Shown: positions 19,241 through 29,900 of the stretch, one piece after another
Layout of the letters: each line of letters opens with the position of its first letter
Position numbering within the stretch: position 1 is the first letter of the stretch
Assembly (NCBI GenBank): GCA_963666055.2
Contig: CAXWPH010000007.1
Coordinates: forward strand, 192,001 to 256,000
DNA: 64,000 nucleotides
Reading direction: 5' to 3'
DNA from: Acidobacteriota bacterium
Lineage (GTDB): Bacteria > Acidobacteriota > UBA890 > WLXD01
The notes under the pieces: model-generated
The model's database searches: none
Seen by the model: the letters and a program-made list of their open reading frames with translations, nothing else
Told to the model about the DNA's origin: nothing
Translations under genes and position numbers: made by a program

Positions 19241-19248
19241 GTCCGGTG

Positions 19249-19941
19249 TCAGTGCTCCCCGTGAGCCGACTCGATGTGCTCGAGACGGAGCTCTTCCCCC
19301 ACCCAGACAGCGGTGATCTCGACCTGCTGGCCAGCATGGGCCCTGAGCTCCTCCTCGAAATCCCCGGCATTGACAAAGCCGATCACGGCCTTGTGATTCC
19401 TCAACGCGACGATCAGCGCCAGGTCCTCGGGAGCCTGCACCCGGCCAAGCACCCACGCCGCCGGATCGGGCTCGTCCTCCGGAGGCACAAGCTCGACCCG
19501 ATGGCCGATCACCCCTTGACGTGAGGTCCGGAACTCTTCCGGGCGGTTGTACATCAGGGTCTCGCCCTGCCGGAAGCCGCTGACCTGCTGGGTGCCGAGT
19601 GGGCTGACGACAGTTCCGCTGACCCGATCGCCGTCGAGCTCGAGGTCGTAGTCGTAGGCGCCGAAGCCGAAGCTGATCGCAGCGCCGTCGACGCGCAGGC
19701 CGTCGATCGGGAGAAATGTGTCGCGAACCGAGGTGAGCTGTCCGTCGATCTCACCGCCAACCTCCTCCAATCGCAGCAGCACGGTGCGAATCCTGCCGGT
19801 CGCACGCTGACTCTGCTCTCCGAATTTCAGGTTCCAGAGCCCGACGGGATCCGGCTCGGCAGCCTGGATACACGCGGCGATTCCGAGGCCGAGCGTAAGG
19901 CCGGTGGCGACGGCGAGCGCGCGAGAGTCTCCGAGCGGCAT
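19249..19941 (-). CDS. Hypothetical lipoprotein, paralog A
   Basis: Lipobox IAAC; strongly similar to 21201-21884. Confidence 0.8.
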   Translation of the reverse strand: MPLGDSRALAVATGLTLGLGIAACIQAAEPDPVGLWNLKFGEQSQRATGRIRTVLLRLEEVGGEIDGQLTSVRDTFLPIDGLRVDGAAISFGFGAYDYDLELDGDRVSGTVVSPLGTQQVSGFRQGETLMYNRPEEFRTSRQGVIGHRVELVPPEDEPDPAAWVLGRVQAPEDLALIVALRNHKAVIGFVNAGDFEEELRAHAGQQVEITAVWVGEELRLEHIESAHGEH

Positions 19942-19953
19942 CGAATACGACCC

Positions 19954-21201
19954 CTACCTGGCGCCACTGCCGCCAGTGATCTCGGCGTCGTAGGAGGGAA
20001 TGACCGGCTCTGCCAGCTTGCGGCGATAGTGGATCCATCCCTCCATCATCTCGTCGCGTGAATCCATGCCCCAGATGACCCTCACGCTGGGGTTCGGGTT
20101 CCAGGGGTTGTTCTCCGAGTTATCGAAGTGCGAGGTAACCCGGAGCTTCGACCCCTTGGCGAGCCGAGTCGGTTTCGCCAGCACGTAGGCGATCTGCCAG
20201 TACATGTTGTATTGCGGCACGAACAGCAGGGTCTCCTCCCGACCGTCGGGATGGATCGCCTGGAACCTCATGTCCTTGCCGCGATAGTGCATGTGCGGGG
20301 TCATGAGCAGCAGCTCGACCTCCTCGTCGAACTCCCTTTCCGCGACGCTCTCGTAGTTCGGCTCGTACGGCGGTATCTCGAAGCTCTGATCGGTGACCAG
20401 ACTGCCGCGGATCTCGTACTCGATTGGTGTTCGGGCCAGCCAGACGCCGACCTTGGTGCGGTCGACCTGTTCCTCGCCGTTCGGGTGGTAGTGCATCTCG
20501 ACGCGGAACTGTGATCCGACCGGCAGCCGATGCGCGCTCCCATCCGGGAACAGATCCGGCTGCCTGCCGGGAACCGCGAGCGCCAGCCCGTCCCAGGTGC
20601 CGTCGGGCCAATAGGCGTCGACGTTGATGTGATGCACCACCCTGGAATTGCCCCGCGCCTCGATTGCTCGGATCCAGATGTCCTCCTTGTGTGTCGTGGA
20701 GGTCATGACGTGGTGGATGATGTCCGGCCCGGCCGCCGGCACCAGAAACTCCTCTTCCAACTCGAAGATGTAGTCGGGCGGCCCGAGCTCGGCGTCGAGG
20801 GCCCAGCCGGTCGGGAACGTCGGTGGGGTGAACGTGCCGCTGCCGCGCGGAGCCCCCGCCGCGACCCAATCGACGAGCGTGCCGATCTCCTTTTCGGTCA
20901 ACCGGCGCTCGTTGGCGAAATCGCCGTAACGCGGATCCGCATGCCACGGAGGCATGATCCGCTCGCTGACCACCATGCGGATCGACCGGGCCCACGGAAC
21001 AACGTCCTCGTAGGTCAACAGCGACATGGGAGAAACCTCTCCCGGCCGGTGGCAGCCCATGCAGTTGACCGCCATCAGCGGCGCGATGTCGTCTGTCCAA
21101 GTGGGCGCTCGTTCTTGCGGTGGCGAGCCCGAAGCTACGAGCGTGCCCCAGCTGCCGATCAGGGCCACGGATGCAACGCCGACGATCAGCGCCTTCCTCA
21201 T
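19954..21201 (-). CDS. Cytochrome c + copper type II (PHM/DBH-like) monooxygenase, paralog A
   Basis: CMGCH, MPPW, VVHH, MHYH, PHMH and DEMM motifs. Confidence 0.85.
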   Translation of the reverse strand: MRKALIVGVASVALIGSWGTLVASGSPPQERAPTWTDDIAPLMAVNCMGCHRPGEVSPMSLLTYEDVVPWARSIRMVVSERIMPPWHADPRYGDFANERRLTEKEIGTLVDWVAAGAPRGSGTFTPPTFPTGWALDAELGPPDYIFELEEEFLVPAAGPDIIHHVMTSTTHKEDIWIRAIEARGNSRVVHHINVDAYWPDGTWDGLALAVPGRQPDLFPDGSAHRLPVGSQFRVEMHYHPNGEEQVDRTKVGVWLARTPIEYEIRGSLVTDQSFEIPPYEPNYESVAEREFDEEVELLLMTPHMHYRGKDMRFQAIHPDGREETLLFVPQYNMYWQIAYVLAKPTRLAKGSKLRVTSHFDNSENNPWNPNPSVRVIWGMDSRDEMMEGWIHYRRKLAEPVIPSYDAEITGGSGAR

Positions 21202-21884
21202 CAGCCTTCAGACTCCGTTTCAGCTGCCTCGATGGTCTCCAGGCGGAGCTCTTCCCCCACCCAGACGGCGGTGATCTCGACCCTTTGGCCGGCGTGAGCT
21301 CTGAGCTCCTCCTCGAAATCCTCGGCGTTGACGAAGGCGACAGCAGTCGTGTGGTTCCTCAGAAAGACAATGAACGCCAGGTCCCTCGGAGCCTGGACCC
21401 GGCTGAGCACCCACGCGGCCGGGTCGGGCTCGTCGTCGGGAGGCGCCAGCTCGACTCGGTGGCCGATGACGCCGCCCCGGGAAGTCCGGAACTCCTCAGG
21501 GCGGTTGTACATCAGGGTCTCGACCTGTCGACGGCCGCTGACCGGCTCGGTGCCGCGCGGGCTGACGACGGTTCCGGTCATGAGATCGCCGTCGATTTCG
21601 AGGTCGTACTCGTAGGCACCATAGGCGAAGCTCATCGTTGCGCCCTCGACGCGGAGGTCGTCGACGGGGAGAAAGCGGTCGCGAATCGAGGTGAGCTGAG
21701 CTTCGAGCTCCCCGTCGACCTCCTCCACCCGGAGCAGCGAGGTGGGAATCCTTCCGGTCGACGCCTGGCTCGCGCCGAATTTCAAGTTCCAGACACCGAC
21801 GGGATCCGGCTCGGCCTCGCGGCTACACCCGGAAACCAAGATCCCGACGCTCAGCCCGAGGGCGAGTGCCCCAGAGATCCTCAT
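21201..21884 (-). CDS. Hypothetical lipoprotein, paralog B
   Basis: Lipobox VSGC; TGATG coupling to the downstream monooxygenase. Confidence 0.8.
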   Translation of the reverse strand: MRISGALALGLSVGILVSGCSREAEPDPVGVWNLKFGASQASTGRIPTSLLRVEEVDGELEAQLTSIRDRFLPVDDLRVEGATMSFAYGAYEYDLEIDGDLMTGTVVSPRGTEPVSGRRQVETLMYNRPEEFRTSRGGVIGHRVELAPPDDEPDPAAWVLSRVQAPRDLAFIVFLRNHTTAVAFVNAEDFEEELRAHAGQRVEITAVWVGEELRLETIEAAETESEG

Positions 21885-21928
21885 CTTCGAGCATGCACCG
21901 AGCGTCCGGGGACAGAGGCTGCGGGACA

Positions 21929-23173
21929 CTAGCTTGAGCCACCGTCGGTGGTGAGCTCGCCGTAGGAAGGAATAACCGGCTTGTCCAGCTTGCGGCGATA
22001 GTGGAGCCATCCCTCGAACATCTCGTCGCGCGAATCCATGCCGTAGATGACCCTCACGCTGGGGTTCGGGTTCCAGGGGTTGTTCTCGGAGTTGTCGAAG
22101 TGTCCGACCGTCCGGAGCTTCGCTCCCTTGGCCAGGTGAAGCGGCTGCGCCAGCTTGTAGACCATCTGCCAGTAGATGTTGTAGTGCGGCACGTACAGCA
22201 GGGTCTCCTCCCGACCGTCGGGATGGATCGCCTGGAACATGAAGTCCTTGCCCCGATAGTGCATGTGCGGGTTGAGGACCAGCAGATCGACATCCTCGTC
22301 GAACACCTTTTCCGCGACGTGCTCGTAGTTCGGCTCATACGGCGGGATCTCGAAGGTCTGGTCGGTAACGAGGCTGCCGATGACCTGGTACTCGATCGGG
22401 GATCGCGCCAGCCAAACGCCGACGCGGGTGCGGTTCGTCTGCTCCTCGCCGTTGGGGTGGTAGTGCATCGTCAGACGCAGCTGCGCTCCGACCGGGAACA
22501 GCACGGCGCTGCCCTCTGGGAAGAAATCCGGCGGCTTGCCGGGAAGGTTGATCCCCAGTAATGCCCGACTGTCGTCCGGATGCTCGGCCATGATGTCGAT
22601 GTGGTGGACAATCCGTGAGTTGCCCCTGGCCTCCAACCCGCGCAACCAGATGTCCTCGGTGTGCGTGGTGGGGATGTAGACGTGCTGGTAGATGTCCGGC
22701 CCGGCAGCCGGCATTTGCCACTCCTCCTCCATCTCAAAGACAAAGTCGGGCGGCCCCGCCGAGGCGGCGAGGGCCCAGCCCTCCGGGAAGGTCGGTGGGG
22801 CGAACGTGCCGGTCCCACGCGGAGACCCGGCCTCGATCCAGGCCAACATGGTGCCGATCTCGTCATCGGTGAGCCGGCGGTCGTTGGCGAAATGGCCCCA
22901 GCGCGGATCGGCATGCCATGGGGGCATGATGCGCTCGCCGACCACCATGCGGATCGAACGGACCCAGGGGACAACGTCGTCGTAAGACAACAACGACATG
23001 GGGGCCACCTCACCTGGCCGGTGGCAACCCATGCAGTTGGCGGCCATCAGGGGGCCGATGTCGTCGGTCCAGGTGGGCACCTGTTCTTGCGGCAGCGAGC
23101 CCGAAGCTGGGAGCGTGTTCCAGCTACCGATCAAGGCTAGCGATGCAACGCCGACGATCAGCGCTTTCCTCAT
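21929..23173 (-). CDS. Cytochrome c + copper type II (PHM/DBH-like) monooxygenase, paralog B
   Basis: CMGCH, MPPW, IVHH, MHYH, PHMH and DEMF motifs; GGAGG RBS. Confidence 0.85.
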   Translation of the reverse strand: MRKALIVGVASLALIGSWNTLPASGSLPQEQVPTWTDDIGPLMAANCMGCHRPGEVAPMSLLSYDDVVPWVRSIRMVVGERIMPPWHADPRWGHFANDRRLTDDEIGTMLAWIEAGSPRGTGTFAPPTFPEGWALAASAGPPDFVFEMEEEWQMPAAGPDIYQHVYIPTTHTEDIWLRGLEARGNSRIVHHIDIMAEHPDDSRALLGINLPGKPPDFFPEGSAVLFPVGAQLRLTMHYHPNGEEQTNRTRVGVWLARSPIEYQVIGSLVTDQTFEIPPYEPNYEHVAEKVFDEDVDLLVLNPHMHYRGKDFMFQAIHPDGREETLLYVPHYNIYWQMVYKLAQPLHLAKGAKLRTVGHFDNSENNPWNPNPSVRVIYGMDSRDEMFEGWLHYRRKLDKPVIPSYGELTTDGGSS

Positions 23174-23353
23174 CGAGCTTCCTCCCGCGTGCTGCGCTCC
23201 GCAGAGCCAATGCTGACCCGGTTACCCTGAAAGACAAACTAAGCACGCCCCTTGCGCGGATTCCAGCGGATTGGAGATCGACCCTCTTATCAAGCCGGAG
23301 TCATCGGTAGACAATGCGGTGTCACCTGGAACATCTCGGCAGAAAGGATGGGC

Positions 23354-24160
23354 ATGCTTCGCAGGACACACTGCCGCTGGCGCGTGGCGCCAGTCGCTGG
23401 TCTGCTGGTAGTGGGCTGGGCCTCGAACGTCGCGGCCCAGGAGACCATCAATCCGTTCACCGAGTTGGAAGATGTTGCTGCTGGCGAGAACCTGTTCCGT
23501 GTGCATTGCGGCCGTTGCCACGCACGCGACGGCAGCGGCGGTCGGGGGCCCGATCTGACGACCGGACGGATCCTGGCGCGCGGCGACGTGGGGCTGTTCG
23601 AGGTAGTCGCGGAAGGAATCCCCGGCACCGAGATGCCACCGCTTCACCGAACCCGATCGGATAAGGCCGTGTGGCAGCTCGTGGCCTACCTCCGGGCGCT
23701 GAACCAAGCGCCGGAAGACGCGTCGCTGTCGGGTGATCCGTCCGCGGGCGCAGCGCTTTACCGCGGCAAGGGCGCCTGCGACAGCTGCCACATGCTCGAG
23801 GGCACCGGAGGCCGACTGGGGCCCGACCTCACCCGGGTCGGCGAGCGCCGTGCGCCGGGGGCGCTAAGAGCCGACCTGCTTCAGCCGCAGGAGGAGGTGC
23901 AACCCCGCTGGTGGTCGATGCGAGTCGCGCACGAGGACGGTACGCGGGTCGAAGGGCTACGCATGAACGAGGATACGTACTCCGTGCGCATCATGGATAG
24001 AGACGAGAACCTCTGGTCGTTCGCGAAGCGAGACCTGCGCGAGAGCGAGCGCATCGAGGCCTCCACCATGCCGAGCTACGAGGGAGAGCTGACTCCGGGG
24101 GAAGTGGACGATCTCGTGGCCTACCTGTACTCGTTGCGAAGAACGGAGAGACAACCATGA
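23354..24160 (+). CDS. Diheme c-type cytochrome, partner of the PQQ dehydrogenase
   Basis: CGRCH and CDSCH, GPDLT twice, distal MP motifs; ATGA overlap with the next gene. Confidence 0.9.
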   Translation: MLRRTHCRWRVAPVAGLLVVGWASNVAAQETINPFTELEDVAAGENLFRVHCGRCHARDGSGGRGPDLTTGRILARGDVGLFEVVAEGIPGTEMPPLHRTRSDKAVWQLVAYLRALNQAPEDASLSGDPSAGAALYRGKGACDSCHMLEGTGGRLGPDLTRVGERRAPGALRADLLQPQEEVQPRWWSMRVAHEDGTRVEGLRMNEDTYSVRIMDRDENLWSFAKRDLRESERIEASTMPSYEGELTPGEVDDLVAYLYSLRRTERQP

Positions 24161-25806
24161 GACGGCGCACGCTTCTCGCCGCAGTAGCTATTGCAGTCCT
24201 GCTGCTTGCCGGCCAGGGGCCCGCCCAGGGGCAATCGTCCGCACCCGCCATGTCCGTGCCAGCCTTCAGCCCGGTAGGCTACGACCGACTGGTCAACGCC
24301 GACCAGGAGCCCGGCAACTGGCTCATGTACTCGGGGCAGTACAACGGACAGCGCTACAGCCGGCTGGACCAGATTCAGGCACAGAACGCCGCGCGGCTCC
24401 GCCTGAAATGGGTCCACCAATTGCGGACTCTCGACCGGGCAGAAACGACGCCGCTGGTCGTGGACGGCGTCATGTATGTGACCGAGTCACCGAGCACCGT
24501 AATCGCCCTGGATGCCAAGACGGGACGACAGTTCTGGCGCTACGAGCACGAGGTGCCGAGCGGCGTCCCCTACTGCTGTGGGCGAAACAACCGCGGCGTG
24601 GCGATCCTCGGCGATCGGCTGTTCGTGAGCACCCTCGATGCGCACCTGGTCGCGCTGGATGCCAAGACCGGCAACGTCATCTGGAATATCGAGGTGATCG
24701 ATCACCAGGCCGGCTACAGCAAGACGGCAGCGCCGCTCGTCGTCAAGAACATGGTGGTGACGGGTATCGCCGGCGGCGACTACGGCATCCGTGGCTTCAT
24801 CGACGCCTATGACGCCGAGACCGGGAGCCGAGTCTGGCGCTTCTACACGATTCCCGCACCCGGCGAGCCCGGCAACGAGACCTGGGAGGGCGACTCCTGG
24901 AAAACCGGAGGCTCTGCAACCTGGGTAACCGGCTCATTCGACCCGGAGCTCAATCTGGTCTACTGGGGGACGGGTAATCCAGGCCCCGATTTCAACGGCG
25001 AGGACCGGGAGGGCGACAACCTGTACTCCGACTGCGTCCTGGCGCTCGACGCCGACAGCGGCGAGCTCAGGTGGTACTTCCAGTTCACCCCGCATGATGT
25101 CTGGGACTGGGACGCCGCGCAGATCCCTGTTCTGGTCGACGCCGTCTTCGATGGGCAGCCGCGCAAGCTCATGGTCTGGGCGAACCGCAACGCGTTTTTC
25201 TATGTGCTCGACCGCGAGACCGGCGAGTTCTTGCTGGCGACGCCCTTTGCCAAGCAGACCTGGGCGGAGCGCATCGACGACGACGGTCGACCGATCTTCC
25301 GGCCCGGCATCATGCCCAGTGCGGAGGGCACGCTGGTTGCCCCACCGGTGGAGGACGCCGCCAACTGGTGGTCGACCAGCTACAGCCCCAAGACGGGGCT
25401 TCTATACGTCATGACCCACGACGCCGAGGAGCTGTTCTTCGTTCGTGACGACGAGTACGTGCCCGGCGAGCTCTATGAGGGCGGCAGCTGGCAGAGAACG
25501 ATGCCGATCGACAACTACGTCGCCGCCGTGCGGGCCATCGTGCCGCAGACCGGCGAGCGGAAGTGGGAGCACCGCGTGCAGCCGCGCGGCCGGACGGGGC
25601 TGCTGTCGACGGCCGGCGATCTGGTGTTCGGCGGCACGGTCGACGGCTACTTCTTCGCGCTCGACGCGCGCACCGGTGAAGACCTCTGGCACATGAACAT
25701 CGGTGGAAGGGTGCAGGCCGCGCCGATCACGTATCTTGCCGACGGCGATCAGTACGTCACCATCGCCGCCGGCAACGGCATCTTCACCTTCGGGCTCGAG
25801 CCCTGA
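24157..25806 (+). CDS. PQQ-dependent dehydrogenase, methanol/ethanol family
   Basis: NWLMYSG, vicinal CCGRNNRG, GTGNP, TPHDVWDWD and NRNAFFYVLDR motifs. Confidence 0.93.
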   Translation: MRRRTLLAAVAIAVLLLAGQGPAQGQSSAPAMSVPAFSPVGYDRLVNADQEPGNWLMYSGQYNGQRYSRLDQIQAQNAARLRLKWVHQLRTLDRAETTPLVVDGVMYVTESPSTVIALDAKTGRQFWRYEHEVPSGVPYCCGRNNRGVAILGDRLFVSTLDAHLVALDAKTGNVIWNIEVIDHQAGYSKTAAPLVVKNMVVTGIAGGDYGIRGFIDAYDAETGSRVWRFYTIPAPGEPGNETWEGDSWKTGGSATWVTGSFDPELNLVYWGTGNPGPDFNGEDREGDNLYSDCVLALDADSGELRWYFQFTPHDVWDWDAAQIPVLVDAVFDGQPRKLMVWANRNAFFYVLDRETGEFLLATPFAKQTWAERIDDDGRPIFRPGIMPSAEGTLVAPPVEDAANWWSTSYSPKTGLLYVMTHDAEELFFVRDDEYVPGELYEGGSWQRTMPIDNYVAAVRAIVPQTGERKWEHRVQPRGRTGLLSTAGDLVFGGTVDGYFFALDARTGEDLWHMNIGGRVQAAPITYLADGDQYVTIAAGNGIFTFGLEP

Positions 25807-25821
25807 GCACGTCGGTGGCTG

Positions 25822-26928
25822 CTACTCGCGGCCGTCGAGCAACTCGTAGACGCGTTCGACCTCGAGCAGCTCGGCACCGATCTCGGCAAGCCGCGGATAG
25901 TCTTCGGCGTGGGCGCGCAGATCGACGCGCTGTGCCGCCTCTTGTACGGGGATGCCTTGCTCGTGCATTGCAGCCGTGATGGTCCAGAAGTCGCGCAGGT
26001 ACGCCTGCCAACGGTCGATTCGCTCGAGGTCGCGAATGGCACGCCCATGTGCCGGCAGCATTACATCGAAGTCCAGCGCCTTGAACCGCTCCAACGTATC
26101 GGCCCACTCCCATGGAAACCCGTCACCCATCCAGGGAAGCCCTGCGGTGAGCAGATCGCCGGTTATGAGAACCCTCTCGGCGGGAAGGTAGACGACCACG
26201 TCGCCCCCGGTGTGGCCGCGCCCGAGGAACAGTAGCTGGATCTCGCGCCCCCCACGATGCAGCGTCATCCGATCCGTCAACGTTAGGTTCGGCGGTGTCG
26301 GAACGACCGAATCCATCGCCAGTCGCATATTGCGCAGGACCTCCAGCTCATGCCGAAGCTCCCCGGTCCGATCGGGCTCCTCTGCGGCTGCGAGCTCGGC
26401 CTCGAGCTCCTCGATGCGTCCCGGCATGAAACCGGCGAAGTAGTCGTAGGTACGTCCCCGATTCGAATCTCCCGCGAGCACCATCTGGCGGGTGAACTCA
26501 TGGCCGATGATCTCTACGTCGTCACCGTAGATCTGGTTGCCATGCAGATGGTCGAAGTGGAAGTGGGTGTTGACGACATAGCGAACCGGTTTGTCGGTGA
26601 TCTCTTTCAGCTCCCGCAGCAGGGCCCAGGCGGCAGCTGGAGAAACATGCGATTCCACCAGCAGAACATCCAGCTCGTTGACGATGACAACGGCATTGCA
26701 CCACGCTCCCAGGTTCCCCGTCTCAACGGCCAGGTAGACATCGTCGAAGATCGGCTGGAACTCGAAAGCGGCACCCTCGTAGTCGGATCCGGGAGGCGAA
26801 GCCGCCGCCGGTAGCGATTGGGAAGTCGGCTGTGAGCAGGCAGCCGACACTACCCCGAGCAAGATCGCCAGCAACACCGACTTGGTCGTGTTCTTGGCTC
26901 CAACGATTGGTATCGTCCCTTCGCCCAT
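25822..26928 (-). CDS. MBL-fold metallo-hydrolase lipoprotein
   Basis: THFHFDHLHGN, GHTGGD, TGDL and PAHG motifs; lipobox SAAC. Confidence 0.9.
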   Translation of the reverse strand: MGEGTIPIVGAKNTTKSVLLAILLGVVSAACSQPTSQSLPAAASPPGSDYEGAAFEFQPIFDDVYLAVETGNLGAWCNAVVIVNELDVLLVESHVSPAAAWALLRELKEITDKPVRYVVNTHFHFDHLHGNQIYGDDVEIIGHEFTRQMVLAGDSNRGRTYDYFAGFMPGRIEELEAELAAAEEPDRTGELRHELEVLRNMRLAMDSVVPTPPNLTLTDRMTLHRGGREIQLLFLGRGHTGGDVVVYLPAERVLITGDLLTAGLPWMGDGFPWEWADTLERFKALDFDVMLPAHGRAIRDLERIDRWQAYLRDFWTITAAMHEQGIPVQEAAQRVDLRAHAEDYPRLAEIGAELLEVERVYELLDGRE

Positions 26929-26939
26929 TTACACCTCCC

Positions 26940-29900
26940 TCAGCGGCGCTCTGTGGCGGCCTTGGTGATCCGCTCGAGCATCGCTCGCACTCCCGCCTGC
27001 GACGCATCGAGCTCGAGTGACCGACGCAGCAGGTCGACTGCCTTATCCAGGTTCTCGCCATCGGGCGCGACACTCGCCAGGTACTCGGTCGCCAGGGCAT
27101 TGAGCACCTCCACGTCGTCGCTGCCTCCAAGCCGGGCGCGCTCGTAGTAACGAATAGCATCGTAATGCTCACCCTGACGCGCGTTCGCCTCGGCCAGCAG
27201 GAGCAGGAGCGCCACATCCTGGGGGTGTTCGATGAGGCGTGGTGTCACGAGCTCCTCGAGGCGCTCGTAGTGCCCCGCGTCGCGCAGCAGCTCGATCTGT
27301 AGATCCAACGCAACTTCGAGCTCCGGGGCCCGCGACAGCACATCATCAAGAAGCGCGATAGCCTCGTCGATCCGGCCAACCGTACGCAACAGTGCGGCGC
27401 GGCGAGTCAACGCACTCGGATCAGTCGACGGCGGCGTCGCCGCGGCGTGAGCGATCGGGCGCTCCGCCGACTGGCTGACGATCACCGGTAAGCTCCGCTC
27501 CCGGCCACCTTCGCTGAGCCGTACCCGCAGTGTGTAGGCGCCAGGATCGACGTCGAGCTGCAAGCTGGTGATCTGGTTCAACACGCCGAACTGGTTGGCC
27601 AGCTCCGGTTCTACGGCCACCTGCCGACCAGCGACGATCGTTCCCGACTCATCGGCGAGCGCATACGACACGCTGAACGGCTCCTCACGGGAGGCGGAAA
27701 TCAGCACCTGCTGAAACACCAGCAACTGCCCGCCGACCGGAAACGGGCCATCAACCGTCGGAGCCAGCGCCACGTCGCCGACCTGAAACGGAAGATGCGT
27801 CCCGAAGCGGTCGTAGCCCTCGCCCAGAGGCGTGGCATCGAAGCAGAGAACCGGTTGGCCGAGTGCAAGCTCCGTCGGGTGCGGCCCGGGCACCTCCACG
27901 GTCGCGCTTGCTTTGCCGAACTTGCGCGTCAGGTTGTTCTCCAGAACCACGTCGAGCTCCAGACGGCCGGGGATGGCCGGCAACCGATCGATGTACAGAA
28001 GCTCCCCCTGGCGCACTCGGCCCTGCTGCTCTGCGTCGAGGCGGCTTTCGATGAGCCGCGACGGCGCGCCCTCCAGCACGGTCCCGGCGCTATCCACCAA
28101 GTACGTCGCCACCGTGAAGGTCAGGTAGCGGCGCCCCTCGTGCTCACCGAGGTTGAACGCCTCCGGCGCGCGCGCCACGAAGCTGACGAACGGCAACCCG
28201 GCGGGGTCGAGCCAGCCGATGGCACGCACCTCCACCTGCAGGGCGTCGAATCTCACCAGCGAGTCAGCCGCGCCGGTGAGGATCGGGTAGGCCCATTCGA
28301 TCGTCGGCACCACACGGTTCGGAATCTCGAAGATCTGCGCCATGAGGGTGTCCGACCGCAGCGGCGAGCCCAGCCGTGCCTCGCCGGGAATCAGGCTGAA
28401 GGCGGCGTCGGCAAGGTCCGGGCTGATCGACTGCAACATGTCGTAGGCCGCCGTCCCACCACCTGGCAGCGCGTCGAAGCCAAACCCTTGGCCGCCTCGC
28501 CGCCCGGCTCGTCTAACGGCCTCCAGCCCCGACGCATTGAGCAGCGCGTTGGGTCCGTCGATGAGCGGGCTGTAGAGCTCGAACTCCCCCACCCTGATGT
28601 TGCCGAGCGTAAAGGCCTTCTCGGCCCGCAGGTCGACCCGGTTCTGCCAGGGGAGCCTACGTGAGCCATGCGATTCGACCTCTCGATCGATACGGTTGTC
28701 GCTTTCGAAGTCGCCACGGAAGCGTACCGTCTTGGTGTACGCACGTCCGGAGAGGCCGTTGTAAAAAGCGCCAAAGAGGATCTCGTAGGGCAGGACCACC
28801 GAGCCGGATAGCTTGATCTGATGCGGGACATCGTGGGACATGGGGCCGTAGCCGCCGAAGCGCACGTTCGGGTCGCTCCACAGCGAGGAGAACCCCAGCG
28901 ATGAGCCGCGACCCTCGCCCTCCGAAAAATCGGTGTCGTCCGTTCCCCTCGCCTGGCTATACACGTACGAGCCCAACACCTGCCAGCGGTTGGAGAATCT
29001 CTTCTCCATGGCGACCTCGATCGCCCAGTACTTCCGACTCTGCACGAAGGGATCGCCTTCGGTGGGGGGCAGGAGGTCGGGGAGCGCCGTGGGGTTCGCC
29101 TGGATGAATACGCCGTCGTCGGCGTTCAGGATGTCATAGACGGTGAAGGGGTTGCCCGCCGCGTCGAAGACCTCCACCGCCGCCCACTGGCCATTCAGGC
29201 GTATCTGGTCCATGAAGCTGTTGGTCTGTCTGATGATGCCCGTGACCTCGACAGAGAAGTCCCGGGTGAGCTGTCGTTCGATACCCACGCTGAACTCGGT
29301 GAAGTTCGGCATCTTCACATTGGGGTCGATCGGTGTGCCCCCCTCCGAACGTTCCTCGAAATCGACCACCCAGTCGTTTTCGTCCGGGTCCCAGAAGGAG
29401 AAGCGGAACTGAATCCCGGGGAAGGCACTGAAGGCACCGTACATTCCGGCGATGAGCTGCTCGTAGTACTTGCCGTAGTGAGCCTTCAACGCGGTCGTGC
29501 CGTCTCCCAGCAGGTCGTAGACCACCCCGAACCGAGGCGAGATGCCAAACGCCGGAGCGTAGTCGCTTCCGGTGGCAGCGAAACCCGGCTCACCGCAGCA
29601 AGCGCCGACAAACCCCTTGTTCTCGCCGAACCAATGACTGAACCGGATCCCTGGATTGAGCGTTAGCCGACCGTTGCTCAGGGTCCATGAGTCCTGAGCG
29701 AAGAAGGCCACGGTGGTGCCCTTGGGATCGATGGCGGTGCTCTGGAAGTCATACCGGTAGAACGGCTCGCCTTCGTAATCGACGTAGTAAGCCGGCGGGG
29801 AGCCGGTAAGACCTTGGGTTGTGAACGGGTAGGCCACGTCTGCGGAGATTCCAACCTTGAAATCGTGCGAGCCGCCCAGGAAATCATCGGCAAAGTGGGT

